A stretch of DNA of 27,353 nucleotides from Octopus sinensis (taxonomy: Eukaryota): positions 1-27,353 of the forward strand of contig NW_021834056.1 in NCBI RefSeq assembly GCF_006345805.1, in the 5' to 3' direction. Positions 11,859 through 22,371 of this stretch are shown here, in pieces. The position numbers and the translations under genes are program-made. Every line of letters begins with the position of its first letter. The stretch's first letter is position 1. The notes beneath the pieces are model-generated. The model was not told the DNA's origin, made no database searches, and worked only from the letters and a program-made list of their open reading frames with translations.

Positions 11859-12722
11859 GATATAGGTCCTTCCAGCAGCCACCCTCCTGACCCAGGACAG
11901 CACTATCTCCTTCCGGCACCTGATGTAGACCTCCGTATTGAGCCTGAGGCCGCGTGGGAAGATGAATGGGGGGCATAACATCGCCATCACTAGTAACCAC
12001 TCCAAACACCATGATGTTGACTGGATGTTTGGTTTTTATCACACTCGATACATATTTTGGGGATACGGCAAGCCAACAGCTGTTCTGTGTATTCCCCATC
12101 TGATTCAGGAAGAAAGTTTTCTCGTCTGAGAAAAACCATAGCATGTTCGGCTGGAGAAGATGCTTGAGTTTGCTCAAAAGCTTTGTTGCGCGGTCTTTCC
12201 TCTTGTCCTTGGTGGACTGGGATAAAATTAGGCCTTTCTTGTATAAGGAATACCGAAGCTCTTCATGGTCTACCCGCCTGATAAGAAACTCAGACACTCT
12301 CATGTGTCTGGCGATGGACCCGATTGACCTGGAGGGATCGTTGTCATTCATTGTCAGGATCTCACTAACTAATTCAGGAGTTCCTTTCTTATCAGAACAA
12401 TCAGAGTGAGTTTTCTGAGTTGCCGTACTTACTTTCCTAATCACCATTAGACTCATCCAACTCTTTCCAAATCCTCTGCACTGTCCTCAGATTGACACTC
12501 AAACACTCTGAAATGTTCGTACTGGAGCTTCCGGTGCGAATGCCAAGCAGTACAGCATGACGTTTCCTTATTTCTGGTAGAGTGATTTGCGTTATGGTAC
12601 TGGTTTTCTCACAGACGGTGTCCAACTGACCCTACTATACTGTGTAGTCGATAAAATCAAAAACAATGTGCATGCACGTAATTAAAAATATAAAATGGCG
12701 ACAATTTACCCATCGCACTCTG
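11859..12722 (-). mobile_element. 3'-truncated Tc1/mariner-superfamily transposon, maT/DD37D-like, with transposase pseudogene
   Basis: Minus-strand end TA|CAGAGTGCGATGGGTAAATTGTCGCC. N-terminal HTH segment VNLRTVQRIWKEL, first catalytic motif WFFSDEKTF..N.QN, then KHPVNIMVFGVVTSDGDVMPP. It breaks off before the second Asp, so the DDxD spacing cannot be counted. Confidence 0.85.
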
Positions 12723-12733
12723 TATGTTTGTAT

Positions 12734-12799
<66 letters not shown>

Positions 12800-12812
12800 T
12801 CTCGCCGACAAC

Positions 12813-12873
12813 TATGATTGTCACACGCTGACGAGAGGTCAATACCTCGAAACTCGAGTCCGTGTGTATCATA
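12813..12873 (+). ncRNA. Type I hammerhead ribozyme with complete core; predicted cleavage 3' of C12860 (GUC)
   Basis: Stem I CACACG (12822-12827)/CGTGTG (12861-12866); CTGACGA (12828-12834); stem II GAGG-TCAATA-CCTC; GAAA (12849-12852); stem III within palindrome ACTCGAGT; GTC triplet. Distal stem I TATGAT/ATCATA beyond a 3x1 internal loop. Confidence 0.9.
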
Positions 12874-13560
12874 AGTTGAAGACGGGAAGGATGACTTCCC
12901 TTTGCAAATACTGACAGGGCACAGAAAGTGTGTCTATGGCCAGCTGGAGGAGTGTGTCCTCCTGGGGCTAAAAACTACAGTAGCATCCACCCTTAGGGGT
13001 TAGCCATATTGAAATGGCAAATATACGTCACATATACCTACACGTGCATGTACATAAACACAGACGCACATAAATAGACGGATACGCACACCCGCATACA
13101 TACACACACGTGTATACATATACACGCATACGCCTTGTCATACAAACACATGCTCACACACATGCTCACACATACAAGCACACAAACACACACACGCATG
13201 TCCAAAGACACACACACACACACGCATGTACAAAGACACACACACACACACATATGTTACAATATGGCAGCCATCCAAAGGTCGTAAGTTGGAGTAAAGT
13301 TATTTAGTTTTATAATCTCAGCCGATATCGCGGTATGTGGTGATGGTGGGAGGTGAGGTTAAATACGTAGAGGCGATGGTGGCGTCGGCAGCGGTAGCTT
13401 TTGTGTCCTTGTAATAATGGTGGTGGTGATGATGGTGATGGTGATGGTAGATAATGTGTTGGTAGTAGTGGCGGTGGTGCATAGTGTAGTGGTAGTAGCA
13501 GGATGTAGTTGTGGGGTTGATGTTGAAGTCGTAGTTATAGTAAGATATATACATATATAT

Positions 13561-13621
<61 letters not shown>

Positions 13622-14138
13622 TAGATAGATAGATATATACTAGGAAGAATGTGTTTGTAAGAGCCAAAACAACAACAACTGGCTGAGAACCAAATTGATC
13701 TGAAATAAGTTTCAAACTCCGTAGATAACAACAACCACAGCAATTACAATCTGTAACCCCAACCACCAACACCACCACCACGACCACCACCACCATCAGC
13801 GTCATTTCTAAAAAGTCGTAATAATAATGATTGTTCCTTTATTGGCCTCCGTATAAAAAAATACGTCCAGATACATATGTAAGCACGTGTCGGCAATGCA
13901 CGCATATACACAGTTACAATACTCAAACACACACACACACACACGCACACACGCACGCACACGCACACACACGCACAGACGCATGCACACACAAATACAC
14001 ATACATATATTTATATATACATATATACTCACACTCACAAATACATACAACATGGAGCTGGCCACATAGATACCACACAAAATTATAAATCGTGTTTAGG
14101 TTTATATCTATCTATCTATCTATCTGTCTGTCTATCTA

Positions 14139-14170
<32 letters not shown>

Positions 14171-14173
14171 GAC

Positions 14174-14230
<57 letters not shown>

Positions 14231-14251
14231 TAGAACTGACAGATAGATAAA

Positions 14252-14287
<36 letters not shown>

Positions 14288-14342
14288 TAGACAGACAGAC
14301 AGACAGACAGACATACAGACAGATAGATAGATAGATAGATAG

Positions 14343-14394
<52 letters not shown>

Positions 14395-14646
14395 TAGATT
14401 TGTAACTCAAATATACCATAAGCGAAGGAGAAGCAGATTAATTAAAACGTCAGTCGCAAGTTTATGAAACAAAGTTGTTCTGAAGCAGCTGAAGCCTTCA
14501 CCTTCCACTACATGTGATACTTGAAGATGTTGGTGAGAACTCGGTCAATCCTCAGTCCATTCAGGTTTGTCCAGCATAGCTGCTAGACCATGGAAAACAG
14601 TGGACCGTTCTTGACCAGAGGAAAGCGGTGAAAGGTTTCTATGATT

Positions 14647-14975
14647 CAGCTGGTTCTTATTTCATCGACCCCGAAAGATGAAAGACAAAGTTGACCGCGA
14701 CGGTGTTTGAACACAGAACGTAAAGGCGGACGAATCTGCCATTTCGCCGCCTCAATAATAAAATCAATAATACTTTCTACTGAAGGCACAAGGTCTGAAA
14801 TTTGTTGGGGAGGGGACTAGTCGATTAGATCGACCCCTGTGTTTCATAAGTACTTAAGTTATTGACTCAGAAAGGATGAAAAGCAAAGTCGACCTCGGCG
14901 GAATTTGAACTCAGAACTTACGTACCACCAAGCACTTCGTCCAGCATGCTAACTATTCTATCAGCTCACTGCCTC

Positions 14976-15035
<60 letters not shown>

Positions 15036-15482
15036 CATAATAATAATAATAATAATCATAATACTTTCTGCTACAGGCACAAGACGTGCAATTTTGGGGA
15101 GTGGGATAGTCAATTTCATCGACCCCAGTGCGTAACTGGTACTTATTTTATTGACCCTGCAATGATAAGAGGTAAAGCTGACCTCGGTGGAATTTGAACG
15201 CAGAACGTAGCGACAGACGAAATGCCGCTAAGCATTTTGCCTCGCGTGCTAACGATTCTGCCAGATCGCCGCCTAATAATAATAAGAAGAATCCTTCGTG
15301 CTATAGGCACAGGGCCTACAATTTGCGGGAGGGGGTTAGTCAATTTCATCGACCCCAGTGTGTAACTGGTACTTTTTTTATAGACCCCGAAAGGATAAAA
15401 AGCAAAGTCGACCTCGGCGGAATTCGAACTCAGAGCGCAAGTATTTTCCCCTGCGTGCTAACGATTCTGCCAGCTCGTCGCT
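14647..15482 (-). mobile_element. Four head-to-tail copies of one tRNA-SINE family (14647-14752 partial, 14767-14974, 15058-15274, 15289-15482)
   Basis: Each copy has GACC..GGCGG/TGG..TTTGAAC (B-box complement) and GACCCC/GAAAGGATGAAA-type segments, and ends at GCCGCCT-like heads. Copies are separated by (AAT)n tails. The central segment resembles the Meta/MESC SINE domain (from memory). Confidence 0.9.
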
Positions 15483-15534
15483 TAAATAAAAATAAGAACA
15501 ACGACAATGACGACGACGACGATGATGATGATAC

Positions 15535-15657
15535 GAAGAAGAAGAAGAAGAAGAAGAAGAAGAAGAAGAAGAAGAAGAAGAAGAAGAAGAAGAAGAAGAA
15601 GAAGAAGAAGAAGAAGAAGAAGAAGAAGAAGAAGAAGAAGAAGAAAGAAGAAGAAGA
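15535..15657. repeat. (GAA)n microsatellite
   Basis: Near-perfect trinucleotide run of ~120 bp. Confidence 0.95.
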
Positions 15658-16525
15658 ATTGTTATTATTATTGTTATAATTGCTATCATAATCGTCTTTC
15701 GATTATCGTTCGCACGACAGAAGTTAGCGAAATGAATAAAGAGAAAGAAGAAAGAGAAAAGTACAAGCGAACAAACAACGGAAGAAAGAAGGAAAGAAAG
15801 AGATGTCGGGGAAAATTGGAAGAACAACGACCGGTAAACAGTGTTGCCATTATCTTGCAATCAATTGCTCATCTTGAATATGTTGTATTTGGCCAGAATA
15901 ATTAACTAAGGACATAGAAACGTCGATGGCAGGCTAAGCGGTACGATAAAGCTATTTAGTCCGGAGACAAACACACAAACGAAGAAACCATTTTGAATTT
16001 ATAATGAGCCTCTCTTTTCCTGCGTCGTCTGCTTGGTCGGAGGTTTCTTTCGCTTGCTGGATGGAGTCCCATGACGCTAATCTCAGTCGAACACACGATA
16101 AGAGATCCTTCATTCCTCCTCAGAGATGAAGCTTTGCACAGTTTTATGTGACTCCTTGTCTTTTTATTTCTTTTTTTTTTTCACGGGGTCAGAAATGATT
16201 TCCAAGATGGAGGTGGTAGAGGAGGTGGGTACGAGGGCTGATCTGTAATGTTACCTGATTAGTCATTATGATATTTCGATATTTACTCTTTGGGGGGTTG
16301 ACGGTGTTGTTGAAGTTATTGTTGTTGTTGTTAACGTTTTTGTTGTTATTGTTACTGTCGTTGTTTCTCTTCTTTTTCATCATCATCATCTTCGTCTTCT
16401 TCTAAAAATGGCTGCAAAAGAAAGAGAGAGACAAAATTACATTTAACATGTCGAGCAAAGATTTTAGTAGGAAACATACACACTCACACACACAGTCGCA
16501 CACATACATACACACATAAACACAC

Positions 16526-16610
<85 letters not shown>

Positions 16611-17235
16611 CAGACAGATAGATTTGTAACTCAAATATACCATACACACAACACACACTCACGCACACACTCATACGTGCATTCATACACACACATACAC
16701 ACATAGATACACGTAAGCTCATATCAACATCATCAACATCATCATCACCATAGCAGCACCAACACCACCACCACCACCGCCGCCGCCACCACCGCCACCA
16801 CCACCACCACCACCACCACCACCACCACCACCACCACCACCACTTTCATTACCATCAACAAACATAGTAGCTTATGTTATCGCTTGCTCTGTTAGAAATA
16901 GTAGCCAGTTCTCCCTCAATTACCCATCTACAGTGCTAATATAAGGTAGACACGGTGAGGTATGTAATTTTAGATACGGTGTTCGATTAACCGGGGATGG
17001 CCATGGCAAGAACACCTTTAATCGTGTATGGAAAATAGATTCTGGGTTAGTGCTGGGCTTAAATGACCACACATCTCTGGCCCCTCAATTTGCTAGAAAT
17101 AGCCATAACTACTGCCGACGCTGCCTCCATCACCACCGTCATCACACATAAGGCCGAGGCGCCCACCTACATCCCTACTACTCCCTCTACTACTACGACG
17201 AGGACAACCACCACCACCATCACCACCATCACTGT

Positions 17236-17270
<35 letters not shown>

Positions 17271-17321
17271 TTACTACTACTACTACCACTGCCGCCACCG
17301 CCGCCGCTGCTGCTGCTGCTG

Positions 17322-17387
<66 letters not shown>

Positions 17388-17480
17388 TTACTATTGCTGC
17401 TGCTGTTGTTGTTGCTGCTGCTAAATTTACCATTTTCAAGCCTCAATTCTCCTCTTAATTTCTTCATCACTGTCCTTCAC

Positions 17481-17539
<59 letters not shown>

Positions 17540-17764
17540 TAAAGACTCACACACACACACGCAAACATATGCTCTAGCCTTCTCGCTCCCTATTTCACTC
17601 TCTTCCTCCACCCCTCTGCATCATCTCGCTCCCTCTCGCTCTCTCTTCTTACTTATCTCTTTAACTTTTCCCTATCTGTCTCTGCCTCCTCTCTCTCTCT
17701 CTTTCTCTTTCCCTAACTCCCCACCCATACACACACTGCCTCCCCCTCTCGCTACTCTCCTTTC

Positions 17765-18480
17765 TCTCTCTCTCCTATTCTCCCTCCATCTCTCCCTCCT
17801 TTCTTCCTCTCCTATTCTCCCTCTCTCTCTCACTCTCTTTCTCTCTCTCTCCTATTCTCCCTCCATCTCTCCCTCCTTTCTTCCTCTCCTATTCTCCCTC
17901 TCTCTCTCATTCGCTTTCTCTCTCTCCTATTCTCCCTCCATCTCTCCCTCCTTTCTTCCTCTCCTATTCTCCCTCTCTCTCTCACTCTCTTTCTCTCTCT
18001 CTCCTATTCTCCCTTTATCTCTCCCTCCTTTCTTCCTCTCCTATTTTCCCTCTCTCTCTCACTCTCTTTCTCTCTCTCTCCTATTCTCCCTCCATCTCTC
18101 CCTCCTTTCTTCCTCTCCTATTCTCCTCCATCTCTCCCTCCTTTCTCTCTCTCTCTCTCTCCTCTCTTTCTCTCTCTCTCCTATTCTCCTCCATCTCTCC
18201 CTCCTTTCTTCCTCTCCTATTCTCCCTCTCTCTCTCACTCGCTTTCTCTCTCACCTATTCTCCCTCCATCTCTCCCTCCTTTCTTCCTCTCCTATTCTCC
18301 CTTTCCCTCTCCCTCTCTTTCTCTCTCTCTCCTATTCTCCCTCCATCTCTCCCTCCTTTCTTCCTCTCCTATTTTCCCTCTCTCTCTCACTCTCTTTCTC
18401 TCTTTCTCCTATTCTCCAACCATCTCTCCCTCCTTTCTTCCTCTCCTATTCTCCCTCTCTCTCTCTCCTATTCTCCTTCG
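17765..18480. repeat. Pyrimidine-rich ~76-bp minisatellite
   Basis: CCTATTCTCCCTCCATCTCTCCCTCCTTTCTTCCTCT recurs; TCCATC at 17785, 17862 and 17937. Confidence 0.9.
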
Positions 18481-19267
18481 TCTCTCCCCCTATTCTCGCT
18501 CCACCCTCTCTCTCCTCCTGTCCTCTTCTCTATTTCTTTCTTCAACTCCTTAATTATCCTTCCTTAAACGGCCATAACTGATTCCTGTCTTAATCCTTCA
18601 ATCAAAACAGATAGCCAGACATACAAAGCATCGTCAGCAACCCCTACCCAATTCTCGGTTTCCTCTCCTGCCCCAAAATAAATCCCCACCTTCGACTGCC
18701 CCCCCACCTGCCCTTCTTCATTCCTCAGATCACTATCAATGTCCGTCGATCATGTTTAAACTAAAGCCACGTCATATAAATATTTGGCCATTCTTGACGA
18801 TTCATTAACTCTTATCAACTCGCCGCCGTTCAAATTGCATCGGTTTATTGGTCATGGCGTTTTTTTAGATCCTGGCACCGAACTTTCACCTTAAATCCAC
18901 TAAGTCGGTCATCACAGGCAATCCAACAATGACCATTCAGTCGGTTTGTGTGTGTGTGTGTGTGTGTGTGTCATTTTTTTCAGGAATAGTCTAACTTCGA
19001 TTCCATTGTCCAAAATATACGTTTGCTTTCAAAGACGTTTGGTTGTTATTACAAAGAGAATCTCTTTTTATAGATATACATTGTGTGTGTGTGTGTGTGT
19101 GTGTATGCGTGTCTGTGTGTATGTGTGCATGTGAGAGTGTGTGTAGACACGTGTATACGCATGCAGACACCTGTGCATATGCTTATATACATACATACAT
19201 ACATACATACATACATACATACATACATACATACATACATACATACATACATACATACATACATACC

Positions 19268-19314
<47 letters not shown>

Positions 19315-19443
19315 GATATAGGGTAAAAATCTTTTCGGGAAAAAAGTTTTATCAATGGCCAGCATATCAAAAAATACCTTTAAAGGTAAAATTTGGTGCT
19401 TGCTTCTTCCATGGGTATGAGTAAGTATTTCATTTATATCTCG

Positions 19444-19514
19444 CGTATTTGCCGCTGAAGAGGGGAAAATTTCTTGTGAATTAACCCCGAAATTGGACCA
19501 ATACGGTAATAACG
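19444..19514 (+). ncRNA. Type I hammerhead ribozyme with complete core; predicted cleavage 3' of A19503 (AUA)
   Basis: Stem I TTGCCG (19449-19454)/CGGTAA (19504-19509) plus CGT/ACG beyond a 2x2 loop; CTGAAGA (19455-19461); stem II GGGG-19 nt-CCCC; GAAA (19489-19492); stem III within ATTGG-A-CCAAT; ATA triplet. Confidence 0.85.
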
Positions 19515-19655
19515 AATTTTTTAGAGATTTCTATCGGTTTGTTTCGAGACGCATAAATTTAATGGTTATCGACAATTTTTTGTTTCGGCGTATCTGGCAT
19601 TAGAATTTTTCTTCTGCCCTTATCTTGTAAATTATACATATATGTATATATATAT

Positions 19656-19697
<42 letters not shown>

Positions 19698-19864
19698 ATT
19701 ATAATATAGGGTTAATTGCAACAATTGCTTAAACCACATACTGAAAATATTAGAAATAGCAGCCAAATAGGTTACCATTACTACTACTAGAAAAATAAGT
19801 CTCCACAAACAAACAGAATTTGTAATCCGTATATATATATATATATATATAATCAAATGAATAT

Positions 19865-20185
19865 TAACAGACGATGGATAATCGTCAGCTCATTTCAGCT
19901 GTTTCTTAACAGAAAAATGAGAACATTGCTTCATTGCGGAGCACCGTAATCATCAGATGAAACGTAATTTTACTAGCAAATGCATATTCCAATACGACAG
20001 GGACAGGGTTAGCTATCCTGGACAACAGTCACGGCTTTGCTGTAGCCATGGGATATTCCTTTGTTTGTGAAATTACGTTTCATCCGATGATTACTGTGTT
20101 TCGCAATAAAGTAATATTCCCATTCTTCTATTAAAAATGCCTAAGAAACAGTCGTAACGAGCTGACAGTTATCCGTCGTCTGTTA
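19865..20185. repeat. Diverged inverted repeat (foldback) with a decayed hammerhead-like motif in each arm
   Basis: Arms 19865-19990 and 20051-20185 align by eye, e.g. TAACAGACGA/TCGTCTGTTA and ATGAAACGTAATT/AATTACGTTTCAT. Spacer ~60 nt. Confidence 0.85.
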
Positions 20186-20514
20186 TTATTTCGTTCATTA
20201 TAATACATCAAAGGGATTTACGACTTGTCGGACACCCTAGAGTATACCAACAGCGTACAGTTCAACGCAACACGTGGTGCTTTGGATCAGCTCTTGGGTG
20301 CTAAATACTCACTGGGTTGTATTTCTCTCTGTGTGCACAATCAGAATATCCTATTTGATACTTACCGGAGCCACAAGTTTAGCCAACCCTACCAGGTACA
20401 TATCTTTTCGAGTACCTGATTCTATCCGAATCCTTATTTTACTATATATATATATATATAAAACTTACTTGGAAGAAGAAGAAAAAGAAAACGACGCGAG
20501 CGTTCAATCATATA

Positions 20515-20852
20515 ATAACAATTTAATAAATAAAACATATGCATACATATATACATACATATATGTACATACCTACATCTATATGTATATATACATGCAT
20601 ATATGAGTACAGGACACCACAAATAAACGTAGAACACAACGAGAAACGAAAACATAAAATCAAACAAGGAAACGGACTTTTTTTTTAACAACGAAAAAAC
20701 AGAGTACAAGACAAACAATACAAGGAAGTTCCTTGTATTGTTTGTCTTGTACTCTGATTTTATGTTTTCGTTTCTCGTTGTGGTCTACGTTTATTTGTGG
20801 TTTCCTGTATTCATATATGCATGTATATATACATATAGATGTAGGTATGTAC

Positions 20853-20885
<33 letters not shown>

Positions 20886-20954
20886 TGTATGTATGTATGT
20901 ATGTATGTATGTATGTATGTATGTATGCATATGTTTTATTTATTAAATTGTTAT
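20515..20954. repeat. Palindromic foldback centred on G20728
   Basis: 20700-20727 and 20729-20756 are perfect reverse complements around a 1-nt spacer. The arms extend ~215 bp with a 39-nt indel and an (ATGT)n expansion. A third, direct copy lies at ~20995-21175. Confidence 0.92.
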
Positions 20955-21206
20955 ATATATATATATGTATATGAAATATAAATAATATATAAATATATGC
21001 ATATATAAATACATATATGTACATACCTATATATATATCTATATATAGATAAGCACATATGGGTACAGGATATAAAAACAACGTCAAACATAATGAGAAA
21101 CGAAAACATAAAACAACGAAAAAACAGCCAGAGAAACGAGACATGCAACATAAAGAATATTCCCCTTCATCAGCTGTTCCTGTTTCATCTACTCCGCTCT
21201 TCGAAG

Positions 21207-21282
<76 letters not shown>

Positions 21283-21439
21283 TAGTTGAATGAATTATCC
21301 TAGTATGGATAATTCGGTTAACCGATACCCGGGTAGCAAATTCACGTCAGAAAATACGGTTGAAGCTACATGCCAAGGGCAGAGATCACGTGCTTTCGTG
21401 TGGAAATTTGTGTGTTTTTTTTACTATAAATAAATGAAA

Positions 21440-22231
21440 GAATGGAGTCGAACGACGATTTAACAAAATTCCTTTATTCTCGACAATATCACCAATAGCA
21501 ATTATGAAGTTAGAGACACTAGAAGTGAGCAACGAGATAAACAGTTCAAGTCACTGATGCTCAACAAAGCTGTGGGTTAAAAGATTGGATTCAATCCTTA
21601 GTGAAACTTCCTTTCAAGGAACTCCAGAATTACCGGACTGTTAGTATGATCAGCTATCCCACCGCGCTTCTAATAAGTGGTTGCTGCCAGTTTTTCTGTG
21701 GCAGTTTCTTTTCCTCCCAATTAAGTCTGTTTATGTACCTAATTTTTATACCTTACATAAAACTTAACAACTGTATCGTAAAAGATAACGTATAAATGGC
21801 GGACGTGTGACGTAACACCTACGATGAAAGGTTACGGTACATGTACTCCATTTGTATTTTAGTTTTTACTTTAGAGGTTTTATGTTTTATGTAAGGAACA
21901 TAAAAAGAAGCATTGACACAACCTTAACTAGCAAAATTCGGACACAAGGAAATAAAATATCAGAACATATATTTAAAATTAGTCAGCTGCTTGAGAAATA
22001 TCCTCAACAATCAGCGTGATATTTGCTACAACTTCAAAATAGCTTGTCTGTATTTTGTACGAAGGTTTATTACGAATGATGAAGGACTTCAATTTCGTTA
22101 GCAACTTCTTCGAAGATATTCAAACACTGTACAAAAATTCAAACAGTACATTAAACTTGAAGAATAACATCGGATGTTTTATCAGGAGACAGGTTGGAGT
22201 TCGTCAAGGCTGTTTTCTTTCCCCTCTGTAA
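21440..22231 (+). pseudogene. Ancient RTE-like non-LTR retrotransposon reverse transcriptase fragment, interrupted
   Basis: Frame pieces DWIQSLVKLP..QNYRTVSMISYP (~21590-21660), ISEHIFKISQLLEKY, and IQTLYKNS...QVGVRQGCFLSPL* (22196-22231) match non-LTR RT motifs NYRPISL and GVRQG..LSP. An unrelated insert lies at ~21690-21930. The 5' boundary is approximate. Confidence 0.8.
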
Positions 22232-22370
22232 TAATCCTTTCAACTTTAGACACAAGCCCTAAAATTTTAGAGAAGTTTAGTTAATTGTATCGATCTCAGT
22301 ATTCAAAAGATGAAAAGCAAAGTAGACCTCAGCGGAATTTGAACTCAAAGCATAAAGGACAGGCGAAATA
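22231..22370 (-). mobile_element. Partial tRNA-SINE (same family as 14.7-15.5 kb), head interrupted
   Basis: GATGAAAAGCAAAGTAGACCTCAGCGGAATTTGAACTC; stops at GCGAAATA where the next copy begins. Confidence 0.7.
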
Positions 22371-22371
22371 C

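Noticed and set aside
16934-16959. 26-nt exon between CTACAG and GAG|GTATGT
   Set aside because: Stops in all three frames, and it sits in repeat-like sequence.
19566-19630. Possible opposite-polarity hammerhead in the second ribozyme unit (minus: GCC-GAAAC-AAAAAATT-GTC)
   Set aside because: There is no CTGANGA (AAGATAA at the expected position) and no stem I partner.
20358-20372. ATACTTACC resembling the U1 snRNA 5' end
   Set aside because: Only 9 nt match and the downstream sequence is not U1; it is just a donor-site complement.
21150-21215. CTGATGA-A-GGGG on the minus strand as a complete hammerhead
   Set aside because: No GAAA/stem III/NUH could be placed with consistent stems in type I, II or III topology.
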